DNA of 64,000 nucleotides from Octopus sinensis (GCF_006345805.1 NW_021834322.1:3770-67769), one strand, 5' to 3'. Counted from the first letter of the stretch, positions 1-12,719 are shown. Numbers and translations are program-made. The notes: generated from the sequence alone by a model not told the origin.

Positions 1-470
1 ACTGTAGTACTATTGTGGTCCTTAGTTTTGCTATTATATTGCTAATAATGGGATCTATATATTGTTTTGCTAGTATTAGTGTTATTAATAATAAGAATAA
101 TGATATTGGTAGCATTAGTGGTAATGATAATAGTAATGATGTTGACATTAATGACATTTTGTAAATTAGTATAAATTTATATAATGTACTCTGGACTCTG
201 TATATCTGCATTTGGGTATTAATATGTGTATGTTTTCTACATTGTAATATCATAATATTAAGTTGAAAAACTGTAACATTAAATATGGAACATATGTATG
301 TTTATTGATTTATATTATTTATATTTATATTATATTATATTATTATGTATATGTATATGTATATGTATAGGAGTATGAGTATATGCACTCATATTTATAT
401 GTATATGATTTATTATGGGTATGTACCCACACTTACATGAGTGTATATGTAATTTGGTTTGTATTTCATA

Positions 471-597
471 ATCTCTGAAGAGGCCTTAGGATATTTTTGT
501 AAATGTCTCATTTATAACTACATGTTGACCTACCACACATGGCTAATATAAGTAAAATGAGACATACTTATCTGCATGGCCGAAACAGCTGTAAGAT
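471..597 (+). ncRNA. Type I hammerhead ribozyme motif (Penelope/retrozyme-like)
   Basis: ATCT-CTGAAGA-GGCC...GGCC-GAAA-CAGCTG-TA-AGAT. Stem I ATCT/AGAT, stem II GGCC/GGCC with an internal ATGTCTCATTT/AAATGAGACAT hairpin, palindromic stem III ACAGCTGT, GUA cleavage triplet. Confidence 0.75.
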
Positions 598-877
598 ATA
601 GTTTATATTTATATTTATATTTATTCATATTTATATTCTCTGATACATATTGTACTTATTGTATCATCTTACTCCTTTATGTACACTCCTTTATGTACAC
701 TGTTTTGTTCTATATTATTATGTTTGACCTTAAAGTTTCTTATATAGTGGTTTAATAAAGTATGTGATTGGGTATTATCTGGTAGTTGATATTTGATTTG
801 GATGTATTTCTCCATTTTCTTACTTTGTATATATATAGATATATATATATATATATAATATATATATATATATAAAA

Positions 878-1000
878 TAATATGTTACAATTACTCAATA
901 GTCAAGATAAAACTCTGAGTTTCAGATGCACATATTGTCAGCCACTAAGGGACATGCTCAACTGGTTTTATCTTGACTATTGAGTAATTGTAACATATTA
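878..1000. repeat. Perfect 36-bp inverted repeat with 51-bp spacer
   Basis: 878-913 is the exact reverse complement of 965-1000. Confidence 0.9.
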
Positions 1001-1314
1001 CTTTATAGATGAATTTCCTCTATTTACATAATATTGAGGTCTCTTTCTTTCTTTTGTTATCTTACCATTTTTACCTATATATATATATATATACATAAAC
1101 ACATTGACACACGCACACATACATACACACATATGTATATATATATATATATATATATATTCAGAAAGGACCTGGTTTCACTCAGTTTATAAACTCATAG
1201 CCTTAACACAGATAGATAGACAAACAGACATATAAGATAGAGAGGCAGATATAGCAGCATAACTACAGATGTGTACCCCATATTGCCAAAGATCTCAGTC
1301 ACTTGCTGTCACCT

Positions 1315-1359
<45 letters not shown>

Positions 1360-1362
<3 letters not shown>

Positions 1363-1545
1363 ACGGGAAGGTTTACGAAAATAAACAAAAGACGAAGGCA
1401 GGTGGAGTACAAACAAACAATTGTATTAGTATGGCGCTCAGGAATAGAAATAGAAAAAGTCTTTTACGTTTCGAGCCTACGCTCTTCGACAGAAAGATGC
1501 ACAGAAAAGAAACAAGGAGAGAAAAAAATGCGTGTAGGAGCTAAC
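1360..1545 (-). mobile_element. Penelope-type terminal-repeat (pLTR)-like dispersed repeat with hammerhead-like motif
   Basis: Reverse complement of 37590-37760. Contains CTGTCGAAGAGCGTAGGCTCGAAACGTAAAAGA. Confidence 0.6.
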
Positions 1546-2007
1546 GGTCTATCATGGCATTCTGACTTCAGGCAGAAGTCAGAGGTCAGACGCTAGAGGG
1601 ACAGTAGAGGAGATAACAGGGTCAAGTGACTTCCAAAACAAAGATGCCCCCAATACAAAGCTGCGTGTGTGTATAAGATAGTATGTATGTGCACGTGAAA
1701 GAGGGCTGGTGGTCTGGACGTGTGTATGTATGTATGTGTGGGTGTGGAGATATGGGGATGGGTGTGTGGGTGGTGTGTTGTGATATGATATGTGTATGTC
1801 TGTGTAGGTGTAAAGATTTGGGGATGGGTGTGTGGGCGGTGTGCTGTGGGTGGTGTGTTGTGATGTGATGTGTCATGTCGTATGGTGTAGTGTAGTATGT
1901 ATGTATATATATATATAAGAGGGATGAACACTACATGGACATCCAGTATGCTAGAAGTAGATCCACTATGGTCTTACCATTAAGAAATTTTAAATATATG
2001 TATATGT

Positions 2008-2202
2008 GCAGGTGGCACGTAAAAAGCACCCACTACACTCACGGAGTGGTTGGCGTTAGGAAGGGCATCCAGCTGTAGAAACTCTGCCAGATCTGACTGG
2101 GCCTGGTGCAGCCTTCTGGCTTCCCAGACCCCAGTTGAACTGTCCAACCCATGCTAGCATGGAAAACGGAGGCTAAATGATGATGATGATGATGATGATG
2201 AT
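2008..2202 (+). mobile_element. 3' end of RTE-tailed SINE (family C)
   Basis: GGTGGCACGTAAAAAGCACCC...GGCGTTAGGAAGGGCATCCAGCTG...(TGA)n tail. Same family as 4760-7119 and 28008-28562. Confidence 0.8.
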
Positions 2203-2269
2203 GTGTGTGTGTGTGTGTGTATATATATGTATAGGAGTGACTGTGTGGTAAGTAGGTTGCTTATCAACC

Positions 2270-2880
2270 ACATGGTTGATATCCATAATGTATCATCACC
2301 ACCACTATCATCACCATCATCACTACCACTACTATCATCACCATTGCTACCCCCCCCACTGCCACCACCGCCACTGCCACCGCCGTCATCATCATCGTCA
2401 TCGTCACCACCATCACCATCACCACCACCACCACTACCACCACCGCCACCACTGCCACCACTGTCATCATCATCATCACCATCACCACCATCATCATCAC
2501 CATCATCATCATCATCATCATCATCAACACCACCACCATCACCACACCACCAACACCACTACCGCCACTGCCACCGCCGTCATCATCACCATCATCATCA
2601 TCATCACCACCACCACTGTCACTGTCGTCAGCATCCTTATCTTCATTGTCAATATGACTACAACCAATTTTGTCATCCTAATCAATATAGTTTGACATTA
2701 GCAGCCACAGATGCAGCAGCAACAACAACAACAACAACAACAATAACAGTAACAATGAGAACAACAACAACAACAACGGTAATATTAATAATGGCAATAA
2801 CTAGAGCAATAGCAACAACAACAACAAGAACAACAACAGCAACAACAATATCAACAATAACAATATTCAGGAGCAGCAGC

Positions 2881-2938
<58 letters not shown>

Positions 2939-2940
2939 TT
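2270..2940. repeat. Compound trinucleotide microsatellite (CAT/CAC/AAC/AGC)
   Basis: Seen directly in sequence. Confidence 0.95.
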
Positions 2941-3039
2941 AATGTGATACAATTAAGGCTTGCATGTTGAGTTTGCTACCTTACAAAATCGATGTGTTTT
3001 GATGTCGGAAGATAGCTGTTCTCAGCATCCCACGCAGGT

Positions 3040-4694
3040 GTGCATATGTGTGTATGCGTGTGTGTGTGTGTGTGTGTGTGTATTTCTATGTGTGTGTGTG
3101 TGTATTTGTATGCGTGTGTGTGTGTGTGTATTTGTATGTGTATGTGTGTGCTTATTTGTATGTGTATGTGTGTGCATATGTGTGTATGCGTGTGTGTGTG
3201 TGTGTGTGTATTTCTATGGTGGTGTGTATTTGTATGCGGTGTGTGGTGTGTATTTGTATGTGTATGTGTGTGCTTATTTTATGTGTATGGGTGGTATATG
3301 TGTGTATGTTGTGTGTGTGTGTGGTGTGTATTTCTATGTGTGTGTGTGGTATTTGTATGCGTGTGTGTGTGTGTGTTTTGTATGTGTATGTGTGTGCTTA
3401 TTTGTATGTGTATGTGTGTGAATATGTGTGTATGCGGTGTGTGTGTGTGTGTGTGTATTTCTAGTGTGGTGTGTGTATTTGTATGTGTGTGTGGGTGTAT
3501 TTGTATGTGTATGTGTGTGCTTATTTGTATGTGTATGTGTGTGCATATGTGTGTATGCGTGTGTGTGTGTGTGTGTGTATTTCTATGTGTGTGTGTGTAT
3601 TTGTATGCGTGTGTGTGTGTGTGTATTTGTATGTGTATGTGTGTGCTTATTTGTATGTGTATGTGTGTGCATATGTGTGTATGCGTGTGTGTGTGTGTGT
3701 GTGTATTTCTATGTGTGTGTGTGTATTTGTATGTGTATGTGTGTGCTTATTTGTATGTGTATGTGTGTGTATATGTGTGTATTTGTATGCGTGTGTGTGT
3801 GTGTATTTGTATTTGTATGTGTATGTGTGTGCTTATTGTATGTGTATGTGTATGTGGTGTATGTGTATGTATGGTCGTGGATGTGTGTGTGTGTGTGTAT
3901 TTCTATGTGTGTGGTGTATTTGTAGTGTATGTGTGTGCTTATTGTATGTGTATGTGTGTGTATATGTGGGTATTTGTATGCGTGTGTGTGTGTGTATTTG
4001 TATTTGTATGTGTGTGTGTGTGCATCTGTCTTTAGTGTGCGTGTACATGTATGTGTATGTGTGTGTCTTAATGTATGTGTGTGAGTATGTGCATGTTTTC
4101 ATGTGTGTGTGTGCATGTCTTTATGTGTGTATGTGTATGTGTGTCTTGATGTATGTTTGTGTGTATGTGTATATCTTTATGCATGCGTTTGTGTATATGT
4201 ATATGTGCATCCTTGCATGCATGTGTAACGGTATGTGTGTGCATGTCATTATGTGTGTGTGTATGTGCTTGTATGTGTGTATGTGTGTGTGTATATGTAT
4301 GTATGTGTGTGTGTATATGTATGTATGCATGTGTATGTTTGTTTGTGTATGCATGTGTATATGTGTGTGTGTGTGTGTATGTGCTTGTGTGTGTCTGTTC
4401 ACATGTATGTGCTTGTATGTGTGTGTATGCATTCATGTACGCATGTGTGCGCTTTTGTGTGAGACAAAGGCGTACACACATAGATACACACATACACACA
4501 CACACATACAATCATGGGCATATACACATTCATCAGATACATACATACATGTACGCATGCAAGTATCATACACACACACACACAAACACATGAAAACATA
4601 CACACACAAGTAGAACTATACACACCTACATATTCACACAGACACATACACAATCACACATATGTGAAGAAATGATATCTACATATGAACACAA

Positions 4695-4735
<41 letters not shown>

Positions 4736-4740
4736 TGTAC
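3040..4740. repeat. Complex (TG)n/(CA)n microsatellite with ~100-130-bp higher-order period
   Basis: Recurring ATTTCTATG, GCTTATTTG and GCATATG punctuation within TG runs. Confidence 0.9.
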
Positions 4741-4759
4741 ACATATCAATAAAATATAT

Positions 4760-7119
4760 ATCATCATCATCATCATCATCATCATCATCGTTTAATGTCC
4801 GCTTTCCATGCTGGCATGGGTTGGACGATTTGACTGAGGACTGGCGAACCAGATGGCTGCACCAGGCTCCAATCGTGATCTGGCAGAGTTTCTACAGCTG
4901 GATGCCCTTCCTAATGCCTACCACTCTGAGAGTGTAGTGGGTGCTTTTTACGTGCCACCTGCATGAGGGCCAGTCAGACAGTACTGGCAACGGTCATGCT
5001 CAAATGGTGCTTTTTACATGCCACCTGCATGAGGGCCAGTCAGACAGTACTGGCAACGGTCATGCTCAAATGGTGCTTTTTACGTGCCACCTGCATGAGG
5101 GCCAGTCAGACAGTACTGGCAACGGTCATGCTCAAATGGTGCTTTTTACATGCCACCTGCATGAGGGCCAGTCAGACAGTACTGGCAACGGTCATGCTCA
5201 AATGGTGCTTTTTACGTGCCACCTGCATGTGGGCCAGTCAGACAGTACGCAACGTCATGCTCAAATGGTGCTTTTTACGTGCCACCTGCATGAGGGCCAG
5301 TCAGACAGTACTGGCAACGGTCATGCTCAAATGGTGCTTTTTACGTGCCACCTGCATGAGGGCCAGTCAGACAGTACTGGCAACGGTCATGCTCAAATGG
5401 TGCTTTTTACGTGCCACCTGCATGAGGGCCAGTCACAGTACTGGCAACGGTCATGCTCAAATGGTGCTTTTTACGTGCCACCTGCATGAGGGCCAGTCAG
5501 ACAGTACTGACAAAGGTCATGCTCAAATGGTTGCTTTTTACGTGCCACCTGCATGAGGCCAGTCAGACAGTATGGCAACGGTCATGCTCAAATGGTGCTT
5601 TTTACGTGCCACCTGCATGAGGGCCAGTCAGACAGTACTGGCAACGGTCATGCTCAAATGGTGCTTTTTACGTGCCACCTGCATGAGGGCCAGTCAGACA
5701 GTACTGACAACGGTCATGCTCAAATGGTGCTTTTTCGTGCCACCTGCATGAGGGCAGTCAGACAGTACTGGCAACGGTCATGCTCAATGGTGCTTTTTAC
5801 ATGCCACCTGCATGAGGGCCAGTCAGACAGTACTGGCAACGTCATGCTCAAATGGTGCTTTTTACGTGCCACCTGCATGAGGGCCAGTCAGACAGTACTG
5901 GCAACGGTCATGCTCAAATGGTGCTTTTTACGTGCCACCTGCATGAGGGCCAGTCAGACAGTACTGGCAACGGTCATGCTCAAATGGTGCTTTTTACGTG
6001 CCACCTGCATGAGGGCCAGTCAGACAGTACTGGCAACGGTCATGCTCAAATGGTGCTTTTTACGTGCCACCTGCATGAGGGCCAGTCAGACAGTACTGCA
6101 ACGGTCATGCTCAAATGGTGCTTTTTCGTGCCACCTGCTGAGGGCCAGTCAGACAGTACTGACAACGGTCATGCTCAAATGGTGCTTTTTACGTGCCACC
6201 TGCATGAGGGCAGTCAGACAGTACTGGCAACGGTCATGCTCAAATGGTGCTTTTTACGTGCCACCTGCATGAGGGCCAGTCAGACAGTACTGGCAACGGT
6301 CATGCTCAAATGGTGCTTTTTACGTGGCCACCTGCATGAGGGCCAGTCAGACAGTACTGACAACGGTCATGCTCAAATGGTGCTTTTTACGTGCCACCTG
6401 CTTAGGGCCAGTCAGACAGTACTGGCAACGGTCATGCTCAAATGGTCTTTTTACGTTGCACCTGCATGAGGGCCAGTCAGACGTACTGGCAACGGTCATG
6501 CTCAAATGGTGCTTTTTACGTGCCACCTGCATTGGGCCAGTCAGACAGTACTGACACGGTCATGCTCAAATGGTGCTTTTTACGTGCCACCTGCATTGAG
6601 GGCCAGTCAGACAGTACTGGCAACGGTCATGCTCAAATGGTGCTTTTTACGTGCCCCTGCATGAGGGCCAGTCAGACAGTACTGGCAACGGTCATGCTCA
6701 AATGGTGCTTTTTACGTGCCACCTGCATGAGGGCCAGTCAGACAGTACTGACAACGGTCATGCTCAAATGGTGCTTTTTACGTGCCACCTGCATGAGGGC
6801 CAGTCAGACAGTACTGGCAACGGTCATGCTCAAATGGTGCTTTTTACATGCCACCTGCACAGGAGCAATTCCAGCGGCACTGGCAACGACCTTACTCAAG
6901 TGTTTTTTCACGTGCCACCAGCACAGAAGCCAGTCAGCTGCTCTGGCAATGATCATACTCGGATGCTGCTCTTAGTGCTTTGTCTATCATATCCACTCAC
7001 AAGGCTTTGGTCATCCTAAGGCTATATTAGAAGACATCTGCCCAAGGTACCACACAGTGGGACTGAACCCTGAATCATGTGGTTGAGAAGGAAGCTTTTT
7101 ACCACACACTTGTGCCTAT
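4760..7119 (-). mobile_element. tRNA/CORE-headed, RTE-tailed SINE (family C) expanded by an internal 66-bp tandem array
   Basis: Head at ~6990-7119 (reverse complement of the family A head), array at 4940-6860, family C 3' end and (TGA)n tail at 4760-4940. Confidence 0.8.
4940..6860. repeat. 66-bp tandem repeat, ~29 copies
   Basis: Unit GGTGCTTTTTACGTGCCACCTGCATGAGGGCCAGTCAGACAGTACTGGCAACGGTCATGCTCAAAT. Translates as a 22-aa periodicity in the ORF track. Confidence 0.97.
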
Positions 7120-7269
7120 GTTTACATTACAGACCTGCTTCAAACTCAAAATCTAAACAATTACTGGGAATCAATTCCTTCAATTAAAATTCTTCAACCT
7201 GGTTCCCCAACAGGGCCACAGCCAAATGACTAAAGCAAGTAAAATATAATAAATAAAAAAATATAAGCA

Positions 7270-7670
7270 TAGGCGCAGGAGTGGCTGTGTGGTAAGTAGC
7301 TTGCTTACCAACAACATGATTCCGGGTTCAGTCCCACTGCGTGGCACCTTGGGCAAGTGTCTTCTGCTATAGCCCCGGGCCGACCAATGCCTTGTGAGTG
7401 GATTTGGTAGACGGAAACTGAAAGAAGCCTGTCGTATATATGTATATATATGTATGTGTGTGTATATGTTTGTCCCCCTAGCATTGCTTGACAACCGATG
7501 CTGGTGTGTTTACGTCCCCGTCACTTAGCAGTTCGGCAAAAAGAGACCGATAGAATAAGTACTGGGCTTACAAAAAGAATAAGTCCCGGGGTCAAGTTGC
7601 TCGACTAAAAGGCGGTGCTCCAGCATGGCCACAGTCAAATGACTGAAACAACTAAAAGAGTAAAAGAGTA
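7270..7670 (+). mobile_element. tRNA-derived CORE-type SINE (family A), full length
   Basis: A-box-like TGGCTGTGTGG, B-box-like GGTTCAGTCCC, CORE-like CACCTTGGGCAAGT, internal (TA)/(TG) tract, (AAGAGTA) tail. Flanked by ~110-bp direct repeats. Confidence 0.9.
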
Positions 7671-8312
7671 ATACTGGGAATCAATTCCTTCAATTAAAAT
7701 TCTTCAACCTGGTTCCCCAACAGGGCCACAGCCAAATGACTAAAACAAGTAAAATATAATAGATAAAAAAAACATAAGCATAGAACCGAAACTAAAATTT
7801 GATTCGATTTTTTTCCCCCTTTTTATCAAAATAATATACTGATTTACTTAATTATTTCTCATTGAATTAGTTTCCTAATCAAAATCTTTCTTCGAACAAT
7901 GTCTGTTGCTGTGCTTCTGGGTATAAAATAATTTAGGTTTTTCTGTCTGGAAACTAAAATGGAGCAAAATTTTGGTAGAAAAAAAAAGAGAGAGAGCAAG
8001 GGGAGGGGAGAGAGAGAGAAAAAAAACTACAGAGTCTGTGGAATTTCACCTTCACAAACAGGAATATATTTGATTTTGCAATGATTATAGTATGAAACAG
8101 TAACATAGAATTTGAAAAATAACTATGTACTTTTATATTATCATCATTATCACCATCACCATCACTGCTACCATCACCATCAACATCATTATACATGTGT
8201 GTGTGTGTGTGTAAGAAAGAGAGAGGGAAAGAGAGAGAGAGAAAGAGAGAATAACATAATCCATATATATAAAACTCAACTTGTGTGTCTGTGTGTTTAA
8301 CTTCCCAGCACA

Positions 8313-9061
8313 TCTCCTCCTAGCCAACAAATAATAGAACCACCAAAAATGGGTCACTTAAAGTTTAGGCGAATGAAAATTGAACTGCGCTATTTCTGTC
8401 CCGAAATTCATCTCGCAAGTGCAAAAATCGATAATGTGTTTGTTTAGGCCCTATCCCATGCATTGAATAGTGAACTTTACTCAGTCAGCTGTTTGACGTG
8501 AACTGTGTTCACCACGCGTGCAAGCATGCGTAAATTGCATGAAAAATAAAAAATCAAGATATAAAAACGAATCGCCATAAACATTGTAGAAATTCAGCAA
8601 AGAAATGAATTTTCGGGATGTAGCATGGAGGATATTTTCGTATTAATCGTTTGGACTTTGTGAACACATACCAATTGTTTTCATAACATTTTTAACGCTT
8701 TGAATTAAATGTGACCATTTTGCGTTGAGTCTGCAGTTTGAATCACTTTAACCAAATTTTAGCAGGCCGGATTTTTGATGATCACGATACATCGCCAGCG
8801 ACTCCCTGAAACTCTCCCCTGAAATCCCCGTTGAGAAATACTGATCTAAAAGAATAATTCAACAATGCAATTTTTTGATCAACAAAAATTATGAAATGCT
8901 TCTACGTACTTCCTATTGAAGAAATGGAACACATAAGCGCAAAAATAGAGGGCATTAAATGCTTGATTTTAAAACCAAAATAATTGAATTTTGATTGAAC
9001 TTCATCCAAGTTTAGCTTAATTCGCGCGTGCATAGAACGCACGAGCGCACAATACTGCTAG
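8313..9061 (+). mobile_element. Probable non-autonomous Helitron
   Basis: 3' GC-rich hairpin CGTGC/GCACG (9027-9043) followed by CTAG|T at 9058-9062. The 5' A|TC start at 8313 is tentative. Confidence 0.55.
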
Positions 9062-10222
9062 TATAACATAAAACACCAGAAACTAGGAGATGAATATATT
9101 TATTTCACCAATTGATATCCATAAGATTACAATTATGTCTGCACTAGTGTACAAATGTACATATTACAAGCTAATATACGTATAGAAGGCTAGCTCATCA
9201 GATCCACACAATGTCATGGTTACATCCATTCTTCAACTCTGCAATTTATGGATATCAATGGGTGAAATATATACACTCATCTCCTACCTCCTAACTTTCT
9301 TTATGTTCTAATTGATAAGACTAATTCACTTAATTATCGCATGAGGTGGCATGCATATTAATTCGATAAGAAAAATAAATGTAATGATCAATTTGATAAA
9401 GATCTTAATAGTATTAAACAGGTATTTATGTCCCAAAGGATTCCACCTTATAAGCAGCTATTTACTGATTTATTAGTTATTAAATCCAATATAGATAGAA
9501 TCAACAAAAAAAGTACTCATCCGGTGAGAGATAATATCAATTTAATACACAAACAGAAGAGAGCTACCAACAGTTTCATGCATCATTGTTTTCAAAATAT
9601 ATCTAACACATACACAGAGCCTGAAAATTGCTTGAAGATACATGAGATATTTTATAAAAGTGCCTAGTTAAAGTATCATAAAAACATGAAACTATTAGTG
9701 GATCTTTCATAATGTATTTTAAATTGATATTTATATAAATATAGAGAGCAATAAGAAAATGGAGGAGATCAATAGGTGATTCATCAACTTTTATACATTA
9801 TATTATGTCAATTTATTTGTTTATTTACTAAAATGACAATTACAAGAATATACATACATGTATAACATATTTGGTATCTTTATATATTAATATATTTTAT
9901 ATGTAAAGCATAATATGTTATACATGTATGTATATAGTTATGATTGTCAGTTTAGTAAATAAGTAAATAAGTTGACATAATATAATGTCTAAAAGTTGAT
10001 GAACCACCAATTCATCCCCTCCATTTTCTTATTGCTATATAAATTAATGGTAAAATATCTCTTTACCTTCACCCATTTAGTACACTAGGTAATGTAATTG
10101 CAATGCAATAAAAAACACATGTGTATTAATAATTGGGTATTCCACCAACAGTATATTGGATAGATATTATCCCTTAGTTGGTTGGATTCACAACCTCTAA
10201 TTTTCTTGGAATTATATAAATA

Positions 10223-10635
10223 TACTCTTTTACTTGTTTCAGTCATTTGACTGCGGCCATGCTGAAGCACCGCCTTTAGTCGAGCAAATCGACCCCGGGA
10301 CTTATTCTTTGTAAGCCCAGTACTTATTCTATCGGTCTCTTTTGCCGAACCGCTAAGTGATGGGGACATAAACACACCAGCATTGGTTGTCAAGCAATGC
10401 TAGGGGGACAAACACAGACACACAAACACACACACACACACACACATTATATATATATTATATATATATACGACGACGACGGGCTTCTTTCAGTTTCCGT
10501 CGACCAAATCCTCTCAAGGCTTTGTCGGCCCGGGGCTATAGTAGAGACACTTGCCCAAGGTACCACGCAGTGGGACTGAACCCGCAGCCATGTGTTGTTA
10601 GCAAGCTACTTACCACACAGCCACTCCTGCGCCTA
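10223..10635 (-). mobile_element. SINE family A
   Basis: Reverse complement of 7270-7670. Confidence 0.9.
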
Positions 10636-10783
10636 TTATATATGTATATATATATATCTATAATTATATATATATATATATATATATGCATATATATATG
10701 TATATATAGATATTATATACACATACATACATATATATACATATATGATATATTATATATTATATATACATATATGTATATAT

Positions 10784-10816
<33 letters not shown>

Positions 10817-11109
10817 GATATATATATATATAATAAGCATCTATATATTATATATAATATATTATTTATATATATATACATATATATATCATATATATAT
10901 ATAATATATAATATATATATACATATATATAGATCATATATGCAAGCATGCTAGTTTCTCTAAAAAGCGTTTGTCTAGTGCACCAACATCAAGTGTATCT
11001 GGTGCAGTGTGTAATTCAGCAACACATGAAAGTGCATTTTAGTGCACTGCATTGCATTGGTGTGTGCGCGTGTGAAAGGAGTGAGATGTAATGGCTGTGG
11101 GAGTAAAGC

Positions 11110-11254
11110 GGTGGTGGTGGTGGTGGTGGTGGTGATAAAACGATGAAGACGATGACGATGATGATAGTGGTGGTGGTGATGACAATAGTAATGATGATGA
11201 CGACAACATTGGCGAAGATGACGATGATGATGGTGGTGGTGGTGGTGATGATAG

Positions 11255-11286
<32 letters not shown>

Positions 11287-11302
11287 GTGGTGGTGATGAT
11301 AG

Positions 11303-11336
<34 letters not shown>

Positions 11337-11424
11337 GATGATGATGATAAGATATGATATGCTGGGTGGTGATTATAGTGATAATGATGATAGATGATGA
11401 TGATGGTGGTGGTAGTGATGATAG

Positions 11425-11473
<49 letters not shown>

Positions 11474-11681
11474 GATGATGATGATGCTGGTGGTGGTGAT
11501 TATAGTGATAATGATGATGATGATGATGATGATGGTGGTGGTAGTGATGATAGTGATGATGATGATGATGATGATGATGATGAGATGATATGATGATGAA
11601 GATGATGATGATGCTGGTGGTGGGGGATTATAGTGATAATGATGATGATGATGATGATGATGGTGGTGGTAGTGATGATAG

Positions 11682-11730
<49 letters not shown>

Positions 11731-12068
11731 GATGATGATGGTGGTGGTGGTGGTGATGATAGTGATAATGATGATGATGATGGTGGTGGTGGTGGTGGTG
11801 ATGATAATGATGATGATGATGATGATGGTGGTGGGTGGTGGTGATGATGATGGTGGTGGTGGTGGTGATGATAATGATGATGATGATGTGATGATGATGA
11901 TGGTTGTGGTGGTAGTGATGATAATGATGATGATGATGGTGATGGTGATGATGGTGGTGGTGGTGGTGATGATAAATGATGATGAGATGATGATGATGAT
12001 GCTGGTGGTGTTGGTGGGTGGTGTGATGATGATGATAATGATGATGGTGGTGTGATTAAGTGATATGA

Positions 12069-12102
<34 letters not shown>

Positions 12103-12128
12103 GGTGGTGATGATAGTGATAATGATGG

Positions 12129-12159
<31 letters not shown>

Positions 12160-12185
12160 GGTGATGATGATAGTGATAATGATGG

Positions 12186-12216
<31 letters not shown>

Positions 12217-12288
12217 GGTGGTAGTGATGATAATGATGATGATGATGGTGGTGGTGGTGGTGGTGGTGATGATAGTGATATGATGGTG

Positions 12289-12319
<31 letters not shown>

Positions 12320-12385
12320 GGAGGTAGTGATAAATGATATGATGAGGATGGTGGGGTGTGGTGGTGATGATAGTGATAATGATGG

Positions 12386-12416
<31 letters not shown>

Positions 12417-12432
12417 GGAGGTAGTGATGATA

Positions 12433-12464
<32 letters not shown>

Positions 12465-12487
12465 GGTGATGATAGTGATAATGATGG

Positions 12488-12518
<31 letters not shown>

Positions 12519-12586
12519 GGAGGTAGTGATGATAATGATGATGATGATGGTGGTGGTGGTGGTGGTGATGATAGTGATAATGATGG

Positions 12587-12617
<31 letters not shown>

Positions 12618-12688
12618 GGTGGTAGTGATGATAATGATGATGATGATGATGATGATGATGGTGGTGGTGATGATAGTGATAATGATGG

Positions 12689-12719
<31 letters not shown>

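Noticed and set aside
4940-6860. CRISPR array or repeat-protein gene
   Set aside because: Units are contiguous and near-identical with no unique spacers, there are no cas genes, and the array is nested in a SINE. The ORFs are frameshifted repeat translations.
7270-7345. tRNA genes at SINE heads (also 25630-25704, 53665-53740, 55080-55150)
   Set aside because: A/B-box-like motifs are present, but they continue into SINE bodies and I could not fold a full cloverleaf with a matching acceptor stem.
9428-9667. 79-aa ORF in unique AT-rich DNA
   Set aside because: No recognisable motif, no supporting neighbouring exons, and length compatible with chance.
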